From a bacterium (lineage in GTDB: Bacteria; Zhuqueibacterota; Zhuqueibacteria; Residuimicrobiales; Krinioviventaceae), in the NCBI GenBank assembly GCA_963675755.2, contig CAXXMD010000002.1:1280001-1344000 (forward strand): a DNA stretch of 64,000 bases, written 5' to 3'. This document shows positions 45,418-55,913 of this stretch, piece by piece (positions within the stretch are counted from its first letter, which is position 1; the number at the start of each line of letters is the position of its first letter). The notes under the pieces are model-generated. The model searched no databases. It was not told the DNA's origin and saw nothing but the letters and a program-made list of their open reading frames with translations. A program made the translations under genes and the position numbers.

Positions 45418-46476
45418 TTAATTATCAATCAAACCTATTTTTTTAGCACGTTCCTGCCATTTCTTTCGGGCCAGTTCCTGCATGTCTGCATTTGTATCAT
45501 TTTCATCCAGAATCTCTAAACCTAACAAGGTCTCAATGATATCTTCCATAGTCACAACACCATTCAATGCGCCATATTCATCAACTACGAGTGCAATGTG
45601 CTCACGTGCATCTATTAAATTTTCAAAAAGTATAGGAAGTTCAAGCTTTGTATTAACAGTAATAATTTTTCGTTTAAAATGCTCCAGAGACATAGGACCT
45701 TTATTGTCGGCAAGATGTTTTAAAACGTCATCTTTGAGAATATAACCTGTTATATTGTCCTGTTTTTCCAAAAACACAGGTATGCGTGAAAATTTAACAT
45801 CTTTGAAATGTTCGTGAAACTCTGATACATCCAGGTCCTGACTTGCAATACTTAAAACGGTTCGCGGTGTCATTATATCACCGGCTGTAATGGCTTTAAA
45901 ATTTAACAGGCTTTTAATTATTCGGTATTCGGATTCATGAAGCACACCCTTTTCTGCCCCCAGTTCTGCCATAGCTGCAAAATCTGTTCTACTGAGAACG
46001 CTCTTGTGAGCATTTTTACCAATCAACCGGGTCACAAGTTGTGCAGACCAAATGATACCTGTCCATTTTAATGGAAAAATTAATACCAACAGCGCTTTTG
46101 AAGTAAAATTTGCAAGCTGTTTCCAATAAGTCGCTCCAATGGTCTTGGGGATAATTTCAGAAACAACCAGAATCAGAAAGGTCATGATTGCAGAGACAAT
46201 GCCCACCATATGGTTACCGGTTCCAAAGGCATTTTCAGATTGAACACCCACAAGAATAGCACCTACTGTATGTGCAATAGTATTTAATGTGAGAATTGCG
46301 ATAAGGGGTTTATCAATGTCTTTTTTCAACTCTTCAAGAGTTAAAGCATAACTCTTGCCCTCTTGCTTTTTGACATTGATAAATGTAGGAGTGATGCTGA
46401 GTAAAACTGCTTCAAAAATTGAGCATAAAAACGAAAAAAAGATTGCAATAAAAGCATAAAAGACCAAGAGTGCCAT
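45418..46476 (-). CDS. CNNM/DUF21 plus CBS-pair membrane protein (hemolysin/CorC-family Mg/Co transport)
   Basis: FSFLCSIFEAVLLS, AILTLNT, SEIIPKTIG, DIMTPR, FSRIPV, VVDEYG..GVVTMEDIIE.LLG.EI.DE. Confidence 0.92.
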   Translation of the reverse strand: MALLVFYAFIAIFFSFLCSIFEAVLLSITPTFINVKKQEGKSYALTLEELKKDIDKPLIAILTLNTIAHTVGAILVGVQSENAFGTGNHMVGIVSAIMTFLILVVSEIIPKTIGATYWKQLANFTSKALLVLIFPLKWTGIIWSAQLVTRLIGKNAHKSVLSRTDFAAMAELGAEKGVLHESEYRIIKSLLNFKAITAGDIMTPRTVLSIASQDLDVSEFHEHFKDVKFSRIPVFLEKQDNITGYILKDDVLKHLADNKGPMSLEHFKRKIITVNTKLELPILFENLIDAREHIALVVDEYGALNGVVTMEDIIETLLGLEILDENDTNADMQELARKKWQERAKKIGLIDN

Positions 46477-46573
46477 AAACTTTCCACCTGTTAATACCCT
46501 GTTATGTATAAAAAGATAAAAAGATTTATGCTTAATTGCAATCTTTTAACCGACATTGCTACGGGCTTTTTCT

Positions 46574-49500
46574 TTATTTCAACAAAATACATTTCTGAAT
46601 TTTACTATATCCTTCCGTCACCATCCGGATGAAATAGGTACCTGAGGAATGTTGCCCTGCCTGCCAGTTGATTGTATACCTGCCGGGGGATTTGTACTCG
46701 TCCACCAGTGTTTCCACCAGACCTCCATTGATGTTATATACACTCACGGATACATGCTGGGCTCTGGGTACATCAAAGGTGATATTCGTTGTTGGATTAA
46801 ACGGATTAGGATAGCTACCGAACAACGCTAAAGTCGTCGGTTGCTCTGACAAGCCCGCAATACCGGTCGGGAATTGTACCGAAATATAATCCGTTTTTGA
46901 CAATTTGGCTATGCCTCCCGGCCCCGTAACCGTCAATTTTACTGTATAGGTATCAACTCTTGTATATACGTGTTGAGGATTTTGATCTGTACTGGAATTA
47001 CCATCGCCAAAGTCCCATAACCACGATGTTATATCTCCGGAAGATGTATCCGAGAATTGAACGGTTAACGGAACAGATCCTTCGATGATATTTGCAGTAA
47101 AGCCTGCGATGGGTGCAGGTTCAAACACAATGATATAGTCTTCTTTTACGATCTGATCAGAACCTCCTGGACCACTTATCGTCAATGTTACATTAAAAGT
47201 ATCGACAGTTGTATATTCATGAACAGGATTCTGTTCCGTACTGGTAGTACCATCACCAAAATCCCATGACCAGGAATTAATGGATCCGGTGGATTCGTCC
47301 GTGAATTGGACTGTTAATGGATTCACTCCGCTTGTGGTATCTGCACTGAATGCTGCTACCGGTGAGGCGTCGACTACATATACCGTATCGGTTTTGCTGT
47401 CACTGCCGTCTGTACTTCTGACAGTCAAAGTGACATAATAGCTATCCGCTGCCGCATAGGTATGTTCTGGATTTTGCTCAGTACTGCTATCGCCATCGCC
47501 AAAGTCCCATGTCCAATTTTCGACAAATCCTGTGGACTGGTCTGTAAACTGTACGGTAAGCGGTGCCGTACCGGATTTGGGCATATAGGTAAAATTCGCA
47601 ACCGGGGGCAAGTTCTCAACGATATCAAACAACACCACATATTGGCTTTCAGCTCCCTCGGCACCATCGGCCATGTTACCACCCAACACCAGTTTACCGC
47701 TTGTCATGTTCCTCTTATATACATTAAAATATTTAAATTCATCGCTGACGCCAATACGATATGCAGTTAACTCGTATTCTTCTACAATCCATTGTGGTAA
47801 TGACATGGCACGACTGTCATAAGCAATGTATACTGTTCCGTCGTCATTTACATCTAACGTTAAGAATGAATCAAAGGTATTATTTTTTTCATTATTGGGA
47901 GTTTTCAACCAAACCAGACCTTGCAGGCTCTCAGGAATTGATTCGATATAATACTGCCTGTCAGTATAATAATTATCGCCCTCTCGCAGATATTCCAAAT
48001 CAAACACCAATGAATCTGCAAGATCAATTTGAGTGATGGGCTGTTTTTCTACAACTCGATATGCGTTTACATTGATAGATTCCGGCAATAAATAGCCTTC
48101 CAGGTTTTCATAATACAAATTATGTCCGGGGGGTCTATCAAAACCAAACCAGAGTGAGAGTGTTCCCTCTTCTCCTGTATTCGGATCATCATTTAAAATA
48201 GAATATAAATTATTGGTATAACAAATTTCTGTCAGGTCTTCCCAATTCTCCATATCTAGATTATGTTGATTATTGATTGCATCACCAATAGCAGCCTGAG
48301 GTGCTATATTGCCTGAGCCTTTTCCAATAGCTGTGACAGGCACTGTTTCCAAAGCAAAATTTAGTTTTACTGCTTTATCAATATCAGCGCCGCTTTTGAG
48401 TTCAAGATTATAAAGATAGGATTGCTCCAGGATTTGAATAAAATTATCAGCATCATCACTAGTTAACATTTTTTCAAATTCACTGAATGAAATCGGATTA
48501 TAACCATATAGGTCAGTTTGTTTGTTATTGTTAGTATTGAATCCTGAAATTGTAAAATGACTAGGATAATTATTATTCTCATCCTTTGGATCAAAATTGA
48601 TATAATCACCAAGAGGTACGTCAAAACTCATCCACAAACTGACACCACAGGTATCAACAGGATTAATTGATAATAGTTGGGTTTCAAAGTATAATTCATC
48701 TGATGATAAAAAATCAATAATTTCCCAATCCGTATTATTGAGCATTATTGCATCTTTTTGGTTATTTCCAATTTTGCAATAATTTTCATTATCAAACATT
48801 GAACGCCCAATAACCATCTTAGGTTTTTGTTTTAAATTTGCAACTAAATTTCCAACAGAATTTTCAGAATATTTTTCTTTAGGATAATCCCAAATATCAA
48901 ACCGGTAGATATATGGAGCATCAAAGCCAGCCCAAATAGTTGAGTCATATTCGTCATCATGTTCTGCTAATTGGTTAAAAGTAGTGTTCTGATGTTTGAT
49001 ATGTGCGGTATTATTGGTGATATAACCTTTAGACTGCTGATAATTAAAAGATGGTTCACAACCATTCAAAGTTTCAATTAAAACATTGTCTCCCTGATAT
49101 GTAAAAGTTCCAATCCAAAGATCTATTGTACTCCGATGATGGGTCTTCCAGCTTTCAGTCATTTGCAAATAAATATCAGATGTAAAACAATATTGTGTAA
49201 CATCATTCAATAGGTGCCCGGTATCGAATGTAAAAAAAACACTTTGATCTGATAATAATGTCCCTAATTTATCAGGTGCAGGACAGTCATACTCTGTATA
49301 ACAAATGATTTGTGAAGCACGATCTTTCATCTTTAATATAAATTCAGATGTTAGAGAAGTAGGACAATCACCACTGTATAAAGTAAAACGGTAAATATAT
49401 GGATGTTCTGATAATTCTTTAATTTCTTTTGCACCTTTATAAATTGACAATTGTTCAATTTCATCACTTGATAAATATTCATACTCTATTCGTTTAGTCT

Positions 49501-49576
49501 TTAGATTATCCTGCGTAAATCCCATACTAAACCCAAAGCAACATACAATTAAAATAAAAATTTGCCAAAATCTCAT
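46574..49576 (-). CDS. Secreted PKD-domain protein with T9SS/FlgD-type tail, array copy A
   Basis: Start ATG 49576 (MRFWQIF). Three copies of an unrecognised domain, a GDNYYTDR domain, three WDFGDG PKD repeats, YPNPFNP...KIQKCILLK. Confidence 0.85.
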   Translation of the reverse strand: MRFWQIFILIVCCFGFSMGFTQDNLKTKRIEYEYLSSDEIEQLSIYKGAKEIKELSEHPYIYRFTLYSGDCPTSLTSEFILKMKDRASQIICYTEYDCPAPDKLGTLLSDQSVFFTFDTGHLLNDVTQYCFTSDIYLQMTESWKTHHRSTIDLWIGTFTYQGDNVLIETLNGCEPSFNYQQSKGYITNNTAHIKHQNTTFNQLAEHDDEYDSTIWAGFDAPYIYRFDIWDYPKEKYSENSVGNLVANLKQKPKMVIGRSMFDNENYCKIGNNQKDAIMLNNTDWEIIDFLSSDELYFETQLLSINPVDTCGVSLWMSFDVPLGDYINFDPKDENNNYPSHFTISGFNTNNNKQTDLYGYNPISFSEFEKMLTSDDADNFIQILEQSYLYNLELKSGADIDKAVKLNFALETVPVTAIGKGSGNIAPQAAIGDAINNQHNLDMENWEDLTEICYTNNLYSILNDDPNTGEEGTLSLWFGFDRPPGHNLYYENLEGYLLPESINVNAYRVVEKQPITQIDLADSLVFDLEYLREGDNYYTDRQYYIESIPESLQGLVWLKTPNNEKNNTFDSFLTLDVNDDGTVYIAYDSRAMSLPQWIVEEYELTAYRIGVSDEFKYFNVYKRNMTSGKLVLGGNMADGAEGAESQYVVLFDIVENLPPVANFTYMPKSGTAPLTVQFTDQSTGFVENWTWDFGDGDSSTEQNPEHTYAAADSYYVTLTVRSTDGSDSKTDTVYVVDASPVAAFSADTTSGVNPLTVQFTDESTGSINSWSWDFGDGTTSTEQNPVHEYTTVDTFNVTLTISGPGGSDQIVKEDYIIVFEPAPIAGFTANIIEGSVPLTVQFSDTSSGDITSWLWDFGDGNSSTDQNPQHVYTRVDTYTVKLTVTGPGGIAKLSKTDYISVQFPTGIAGLSEQPTTLALFGSYPNPFNPTTNITFDVPRAQHVSVSVYNINGGLVETLVDEYKSPGRYTINWQAGQHSSGTYFIRMVTEGYSKIQKCILLK

Positions 49577-49644
49577 TTCAAATCCTTTTCTATAATAAAA
49601 ATTAATCCCTGCCCCGCTTTTAAAAGGATCAGACAATAATCAGA
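49577..49644 (-). repeat. Conserved intergenic spacer with hairpin, copy 1
   Basis: Sense strand TCTGATTATTGTCTGATCCTTTTAAAAGCGGGGCAGGGATT...AAAAGGATTTGAA-ATG, homologous to the other two spacers. Confidence 0.8.
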
Positions 49645-52600
49645 TTATTTCAACAAAATACATTTCTGAATTTTGCTATATCCCTCAGTCACCATCCGGA
49701 TGAAATACATACCGGATGAATGATGCCCTGCCTGCCAGTTGATTGTATACCTGCCGGGGGATTTGTACTCGTCCACCAGCGTTTCCACCAGGCTGCCGTT
49801 GACATTATAAATGCTCAAGGTAACATGCTGGGCTCTTGGTACATCAAAGGTGATATTCGTAACAGGGTTAAAAGGATTGGGATAATTGCCATACAACGCA
49901 AAGCTGGTTGGTTGTTCAGACATGCCCGCAATGCCGGTATTGTAACTCAATTTGATATAATCGGTTTTGGACACACTGGATATTCCTGTTGGTCCGCTGA
50001 CCCGAAGCGTAACAGTAAATGTATCCACCAGAGAGTACTGGTGCTGTGGATGTTGTTTAGTACTGAAATTACCGTCCCCAAAATCCCAAAACCAAAAGTT
50101 GATTTCTCCAGAGGACGTATCAGAAAACTGGACTATCAACGGAACTGCACCTTCGGTGACATCCGCGGTAAATCCTGCTATGGGTGCTGGATCAAAAACA
50201 ATGATATAATCTTCTTTTACAATCTGGTCGGATCTGTCAGGACCGGATACGGTCAATGTTACGTCAAAAGTATCCGCTGTGGTGTATTGGTGTACAGGAT
50301 TCTGTTCCGCACTGGTAGTACCATCTCCAAAATCCCATGACCAGGAATTGATGGATCCGGTGGATTCATCCGTAAATTGGACTGTTAATGGATTCACTCC
50401 ACTTGTGGTATCGGTACTGAATTCTGCAATCAGGCTGGAATCCTTTATGTAAATTGTATCAGTTTTGCTGTCTGTACCCTGCGTACTGCTGACAGTCAGG
50501 GTGACATAATACGTATCCGGAAGAACGTATGTATGACCCGGGTTCTTTTCGGTACTGCTCTTGCCATCACCAAAATCCCAGTTCCAGCTTTCAATGTATC
50601 CCGTGGACTGGTCCATGAACTGTAAGGTTATTGGTGCTCTTCCGGTTTCGGGCTGATAGGTAAAATCCGCAATCGGCGGACTCTGCTCAATGTCAAACAG
50701 TAAAATATAAGGGAACCTGCTGCCTGCCTCCAGGTAATCTCCCAATACCAGTTCACCGGGTGTCACTTGTCTTTTAAAGACTGTAAAATAACTGTTACTT
50801 TTACTTAAATACATTTTATATGGTGTTTGAACCAAGCCATTTCTCATCCAATCTGGTAAAACCCAATAATATTTCAAAAACACAATATAAACAGTGCCGG
50901 CCCCCTTGACCTTTACAGTAAGTAAAGAATCTGGATTGCTATCAAGTACATTATATGGGGTTTTGAGCCAAACCAGACCTTTTAAACTGTCAGGAATGGA
51001 TTCAATATAATAAGGCCGGTCTGTATTATACTTGTCACCTTCTTGCAGGCATTCTAATTCACAATGCATCGTATCATTAATCGAAATCAGGGGTATAGGC
51101 TGTTTTTCAACAACACGATAGGCATTTACATCAATTGCATTCGGTAAATAATAACCATCCAGATTTTCATAAAACACATTATAGCCGGGTTGTTCATCAA
51201 ACCCGAACCAAAGTGAGAGTTTGCTGGCTTTTTGGGAACCTGGAGTATTGCTGAGTATCGAAAACAATGTATCTGCATTGCATATAGTAGTCAAGTTTTC
51301 CCAGTTTTCCATATCAACATTATGTTGATTGGTTATAGCATCTCCAATGGCTGCCTGGGGTGAGGTGGTACCTGAACCTTTACCAATGGCTGAAACAGGA
51401 GCTATTTCCATACCCATTTTCATTTTCACAGGTTTGTCCGTATCAACTCTGTTTATGAGCTCAAGATGATACAAATAGGGCTGTTTTAGGGATTGAATAT
51501 AATCACCCGCATTATCATCATTCAACAGACCCTGTAATTCGTTTTGGGAAACAGGATCATAACCAAATTCCAAAGTTGATGCATAAGGCTGATCTGAAAC
51601 CAGATTATAGCCACTAATAGAAATACCCGTTAATCCACTACTAAATTGTTCGTGGATCAAATGGCTGCCAAGGGATTCATCGAGTCCTATCCAGAATCGA
51701 AAACTTGCAGATGTGTGCATTTGCCAATCCCCACTTAATCCAACATACATAGTACTTGAGCCACAATATTGTGTATAATCCTTCCAATAGGTATCATCTT
51801 CATCACTTAAATAGATAAAACCACTTTCATTAGATCCGATTTCAACGGACTCGTAAAAGCCGTCTAAATCTATACTTGCTCTACCAATTAAAACCGGGAC
51901 ACTCTGGTTGAAATGTAATTTGGTAGTTGAGCCACCAGCATAATCATCCATGGGACCAGACATGCTAATACGATAAATATGTTTCTGGGTGAATAAATGT
52001 TTAAATTCTTCAAGGCCATTTTCAGTTAATAACCGGTCCAAACCAATATGATCAATATCATGATTATTGATTTCTTCCGTGCAATGCGCGTCAGTAATAC
52101 GATAAGCTTGAATGGATATAGAGGCACCATCAGGTCTATCAACATAATACCCTCTTATCTGATTTCCTACTGATGGAATCTGACACACCCATATATCCAG
52201 TTCAATGGGTTCTTCATTCTGCTCAATTGCACTAAAATCTACATGGATACTGTTTTCTAAATAACGATAAGTCTTTTCAATGTCCAGCCAGGTGTCTGTA
52301 TTTGATGCATTAAAAACAAAACCTTCTTTAGAGCCGTTTTGCATAATTGCTGTTTTCTCATCTGTTGTATTGCTGCACCTGGCTAAAATAGGCTGGTAAT
52401 AAAGACCCACATATAATCCAACACTTACAAGAGAATCAGGAATAACAGGGCCGGTAATACGTATACGATAAGCATTATGATATGTAAATTGATCGGAAAA
52501 TTCCTGTGCTCCATCACTGGTTAATATTTGATCGAACTCTTGTTTTGTCACTTGTTGATATTCAATAGGAATTTCAAAATTAAAACATTCTTCATCCAAC

Positions 52601-52710
52601 TGTTCAACATCATCTTGATTGGATTGGTTTTGAAGTTCTACTTCCTGCGCAAATCCCAAACCAAGTCCAAAGCAACTAACAATTATAATAAAAATCTGCC
52701 AAAATCTCAT
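49645..52710 (-). CDS. Secreted PKD-domain protein with T9SS/FlgD-type tail, array copy B
   Basis: Same architecture as copy A. MRFWQIF signal peptide, 3 PKD, identical last residues. Confidence 0.85.
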   Translation of the reverse strand: MRFWQIFIIIVSCFGLGLGFAQEVELQNQSNQDDVEQLDEECFNFEIPIEYQQVTKQEFDQILTSDGAQEFSDQFTYHNAYRIRITGPVIPDSLVSVGLYVGLYYQPILARCSNTTDEKTAIMQNGSKEGFVFNASNTDTWLDIEKTYRYLENSIHVDFSAIEQNEEPIELDIWVCQIPSVGNQIRGYYVDRPDGASISIQAYRITDAHCTEEINNHDIDHIGLDRLLTENGLEEFKHLFTQKHIYRISMSGPMDDYAGGSTTKLHFNQSVPVLIGRASIDLDGFYESVEIGSNESGFIYLSDEDDTYWKDYTQYCGSSTMYVGLSGDWQMHTSASFRFWIGLDESLGSHLIHEQFSSGLTGISISGYNLVSDQPYASTLEFGYDPVSQNELQGLLNDDNAGDYIQSLKQPYLYHLELINRVDTDKPVKMKMGMEIAPVSAIGKGSGTTSPQAAIGDAITNQHNVDMENWENLTTICNADTLFSILSNTPGSQKASKLSLWFGFDEQPGYNVFYENLDGYYLPNAIDVNAYRVVEKQPIPLISINDTMHCELECLQEGDKYNTDRPYYIESIPDSLKGLVWLKTPYNVLDSNPDSLLTVKVKGAGTVYIVFLKYYWVLPDWMRNGLVQTPYKMYLSKSNSYFTVFKRQVTPGELVLGDYLEAGSRFPYILLFDIEQSPPIADFTYQPETGRAPITLQFMDQSTGYIESWNWDFGDGKSSTEKNPGHTYVLPDTYYVTLTVSSTQGTDSKTDTIYIKDSSLIAEFSTDTTSGVNPLTVQFTDESTGSINSWSWDFGDGTTSAEQNPVHQYTTADTFDVTLTVSGPDRSDQIVKEDYIIVFDPAPIAGFTADVTEGAVPLIVQFSDTSSGEINFWFWDFGDGNFSTKQHPQHQYSLVDTFTVTLRVSGPTGISSVSKTDYIKLSYNTGIAGMSEQPTSFALYGNYPNPFNPVTNITFDVPRAQHVTLSIYNVNGSLVETLVDEYKSPGRYTINWQAGHHSSGMYFIRMVTEGYSKIQKCILLK

Positions 52711-52776
52711 TTAAAATCCTTTTCAATAAAATAATAATCCCTGGCCCGCCTTTAAACGGACCAGATAATAATCAGA
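52711..52776 (-). repeat. Conserved intergenic spacer with hairpin, copy 2
   Basis: Sense strand TCTGATTATTATCTGGTCCGTTTAAAGGCGGGCCAGGGATT...AAAAGGATTTTAA-ATG. Confidence 0.8.
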
Positions 52777-55700
52777 CTACTTTAACAAAATACATTTCTG
52801 AATTTTACTATATCCCTCTGTCACCATCCGGATGAAATAGGTTCCTGAAGAGTGATGCCCTGCCTGCCAGTTGATCGTGTATCTACCAGGAGCTTTGTGC
52901 TCATCCACCAGTGTTTCCACCAGGCTGCCGTTGACATTGTAAATGCTCACTTTTACATGTTGGGCGACTGGAACATCGAATGTAATATTCGTTGTTGGAT
53001 TAAAGGGATTGGGATAATTACCGTACAACGCAAAGCTGGTTGGTTGTTCAGACATTCCCGCAATACCGGTCGGGAATTGTACCGAAATATAATCCGTTTT
53101 TACTAAATTCGCTGACCCTCCCGGTCCCGTAACCGTCAACGCTACTGTGTAGGTATCTACTTTTGAGTATACGTGCTGTGGATTTTGATCTGTACTTGAA
53201 CTTCCGTCACCAAAATCCCATAACCACGAAGTTATAACCCCGGAAGACGTATCCGAGAATTGAACGGTTAGCGGAACAGAACCTTCTATAACATCCGCGC
53301 TAAATCCTGCCATTGGGGCTGGTTCTACAACAACAATATAATCTTTTTTTACAACTTGATCCGACCCACCGGGACCACTTACTGTCAATGATACATCAAA
53401 GGAATCAGCAGTAGTGTATTCATGCACAGGATTTTGTTCGGTACTTGTATAGCCATCGCCAAAATCCCAGCTCCACGTATCAACCATGCCTGGGGATTCG
53501 TCTGTAAACGAAACAGTCAATGGTTTATCTCCGCTTTTGATATCAGCATGAAAAGCTGCTACCGGAACTGTATATGTTACAATGACTGTGTCGGTTTTGC
53601 TGTCAACACCAACCGCATTGCTGATAGTCAGGGTAACATGATAGGTATCCGCAACTGCATAGGTATGCTCAGGATTTTGCTCGGTGCTGCTCTCGCCATC
53701 GCCAAAATCCCATGCCCAATTTTCTATAAATCCTGTGGACTGGTCCGTAAACTGCATGGTCAAGGGTTCCGATCCTGATTTGCGTTGATATTTAAAATTC
53801 GCAACTGGTGGCAATCCTTCAGGTATTTCAAACAGCACTACATATGGACATCTGTAACCTTCATCCAGGTTACCTCCCAATATCAGCTCACCGGGTGTTA
53901 CCTCCTTTTTGTAAACCGGAAAATAACTACTCGTTTCACTTAGATAAATTTTATATGACGTTAAAACAAAATCCTTTCTCAACCAACCCGGCAAATACCA
54001 TTCAGGATTAATATAGGCAATATAAACAGTGCCACTGGCCTTGATGTTCACAGCGAGTAAAGAATCAGAACTGCTATTAAATTCATTGTATGAGGTTTTT
54101 AACCAAACCAGACCTTTTAGCTCCTCAGGTATGGATTGAATAGAATACTGCCGGTCTGTGTAATAATTGTCTCCTTCTTGCAGGTATTCAAATGCATAAT
54201 TCAATGTATCATCAACCCCTATCAGGGTTATGGGTTGCTTTTCAACTACACGATAGGCATTCACATTGATTGTATCTGGTAGAAAATAGCCATCCAGGTT
54301 TTCATAAAACAATTCATGACCGGGAGGATCATCAAACCCGAACCAGAGTGAGAGTTGGCTGGCTTTTTGGGAACCTGGATTATCACTGAGTATCGTAAAC
54401 AATGTATCATTATTACAAATGCTTGTCAGATCTTCCCAGTTTTCCATGTCTACATTGTATTGATTATTAATTGCATCTCCAATGGCTGCCTGAGGTGTTG
54501 TACTTCCGGAACCTTTACCAATGCAGGATACTGGTGCCTCTTGCAGCCCCAATTTCATTTTCACGGGTTTATCAGTATCAACACCGTTAATGAGTTTAAT
54601 ATTATAAAGATAGGGTTTGTCCATGATAGAAATAAAATAACCTGCATCATCATCATTCAACATGCTTTTTAACTCGTTTTGGGAAATGGGATCAAAACCA
54701 AAATCCATGGTAGACGTATATTTCTGATCTGAAACCAGATGCCAACCATCGATATAAATACGCGTTAATCCATTCCTAAATTGTTCATGGTTCAAATAGC
54801 TGCCTAGAGATTCATCCAGTCCTATCCAGAATATGAAATTGGGTCGTGAGTGCGAAATATCATCTTCCACCAAAAGAACATACATAGAGTTTTCGCCACA
54901 CAAATGTGTAAAATCAGTCCAAATATAATATTCTTCTGTATTGAAATTATAAAGATCGACAGAACTGGGACCAATTTTTACGTAATCGTGACTATTGGAA
55001 TAAATTTTTGTAACTTTGCCAACCAAAACCGGGACATTCTGATTAAAATTCAACTTTGTTAGAGAGCCATATGAATATAGATTGGTTGGACCATTCAAAT
55101 GAATCCGATAAATATGTTTCTGAGTAAATAAATGTTTAAAATCCTCAATACCCTGTTCAGTGAGCAACTGGTCCAAACCAATCCTATCAATATCTTGATT
55201 ATTAATTGCTACAGAACTGTGCGCATCAATAATATCATATGCCTGAATGGTTATAGAAGCACCATTCTCTTCATCATAATAATAACCAACAACACTATCT
55301 CTAACTTTTATAGTCTGACACACCCATATGTCCAGCTCAATGGGTTCCTCATTTTGAGCAATTGCACTCAAAGTAACGAAAAAATAATCGTCGTTAACGT
55401 GATAAGGCTCGAGAATATTTAACCATGTATTGGTATTTGAAGCATCAAAAACAAAACCATCATTTTCACAAAATTGTATTTTGGCTGTTTTATTATCTGT
55501 GGTATTCTGGCTTTTTCCAATAACAAGTTGGTTAAAAGAACTAAGATTCAAACGAAAACGGACGATTGTATCATTATTCACAGGACCGGTTATATGAATA
55601 CGAAATGCATTATGAAACTCAAATCGATCTGAAAAAGCTTGTGCTCCATCATCCGTCAGGATTTGATCAAATTCGCTTTTCGTTAACTGCTTATATTCTA

Positions 55701-55845
55701 TTGGAATATTAAATTTAATAGATTCATCATCAACATTGTCAATATCTTGCTGCTCTTTTATTGTATCAAGGTCATTCTCTTTCCCAAAACCCAGACTTGC
55801 TCCAAAGCAAAATATAACCAGAATAAAAATCTGCCAAAACTTCAT
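52777..55845 (-). CDS. Secreted PKD-domain protein with T9SS/FlgD-type tail, array copy C
   Basis: Start ATG 55845 (MKFWQIF). N-terminal half closest to copy B. 3 PKD and the same tail. Confidence 0.85.
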   Translation of the reverse strand: MKFWQIFILVIFCFGASLGFGKENDLDTIKEQQDIDNVDDESIKFNIPIEYKQLTKSEFDQILTDDGAQAFSDRFEFHNAFRIHITGPVNNDTIVRFRLNLSSFNQLVIGKSQNTTDNKTAKIQFCENDGFVFDASNTNTWLNILEPYHVNDDYFFVTLSAIAQNEEPIELDIWVCQTIKVRDSVVGYYYDEENGASITIQAYDIIDAHSSVAINNQDIDRIGLDQLLTEQGIEDFKHLFTQKHIYRIHLNGPTNLYSYGSLTKLNFNQNVPVLVGKVTKIYSNSHDYVKIGPSSVDLYNFNTEEYYIWTDFTHLCGENSMYVLLVEDDISHSRPNFIFWIGLDESLGSYLNHEQFRNGLTRIYIDGWHLVSDQKYTSTMDFGFDPISQNELKSMLNDDDAGYFISIMDKPYLYNIKLINGVDTDKPVKMKLGLQEAPVSCIGKGSGSTTPQAAIGDAINNQYNVDMENWEDLTSICNNDTLFTILSDNPGSQKASQLSLWFGFDDPPGHELFYENLDGYFLPDTINVNAYRVVEKQPITLIGVDDTLNYAFEYLQEGDNYYTDRQYSIQSIPEELKGLVWLKTSYNEFNSSSDSLLAVNIKASGTVYIAYINPEWYLPGWLRKDFVLTSYKIYLSETSSYFPVYKKEVTPGELILGGNLDEGYRCPYVVLFEIPEGLPPVANFKYQRKSGSEPLTMQFTDQSTGFIENWAWDFGDGESSTEQNPEHTYAVADTYHVTLTISNAVGVDSKTDTVIVTYTVPVAAFHADIKSGDKPLTVSFTDESPGMVDTWSWDFGDGYTSTEQNPVHEYTTADSFDVSLTVSGPGGSDQVVKKDYIVVVEPAPMAGFSADVIEGSVPLTVQFSDTSSGVITSWLWDFGDGSSSTDQNPQHVYSKVDTYTVALTVTGPGGSANLVKTDYISVQFPTGIAGMSEQPTSFALYGNYPNPFNPTTNITFDVPVAQHVKVSIYNVNGSLVETLVDEHKAPGRYTINWQAGHHSSGTYFIRMVTEGYSKIQKCILLK

Positions 55846-55913
55846 TTCAACCCCGTTTCGATAATAAATATCAATCACTGGCCCGCTTTTATACGGACCA
55901 GATAATAATCAAA
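55846..55913 (-). repeat. Conserved intergenic spacer with hairpin, copy 3
   Basis: Sense strand TTTGATTATTATCTGGTCCGTATAAAAGCGGGCCAGTGATT...AAACGGGGTTGAA-ATG. Confidence 0.8.

Noticed and set aside
45418-46476. CNNM gene as a horizontally acquired Flavobacteria-like gene
   Set aside because: The impression rests on remembered similarity only. There are no flanking mobility signals or clear compositional break, so a phylogeny is needed.
49577-55913. Array spacers as integron attC sites or CRISPR repeats
   Set aside because: No RYYYAAC...GTTRRRY ends, no integrase or cas gene, and the repeats are 3 kb apart separating paralogous genes.
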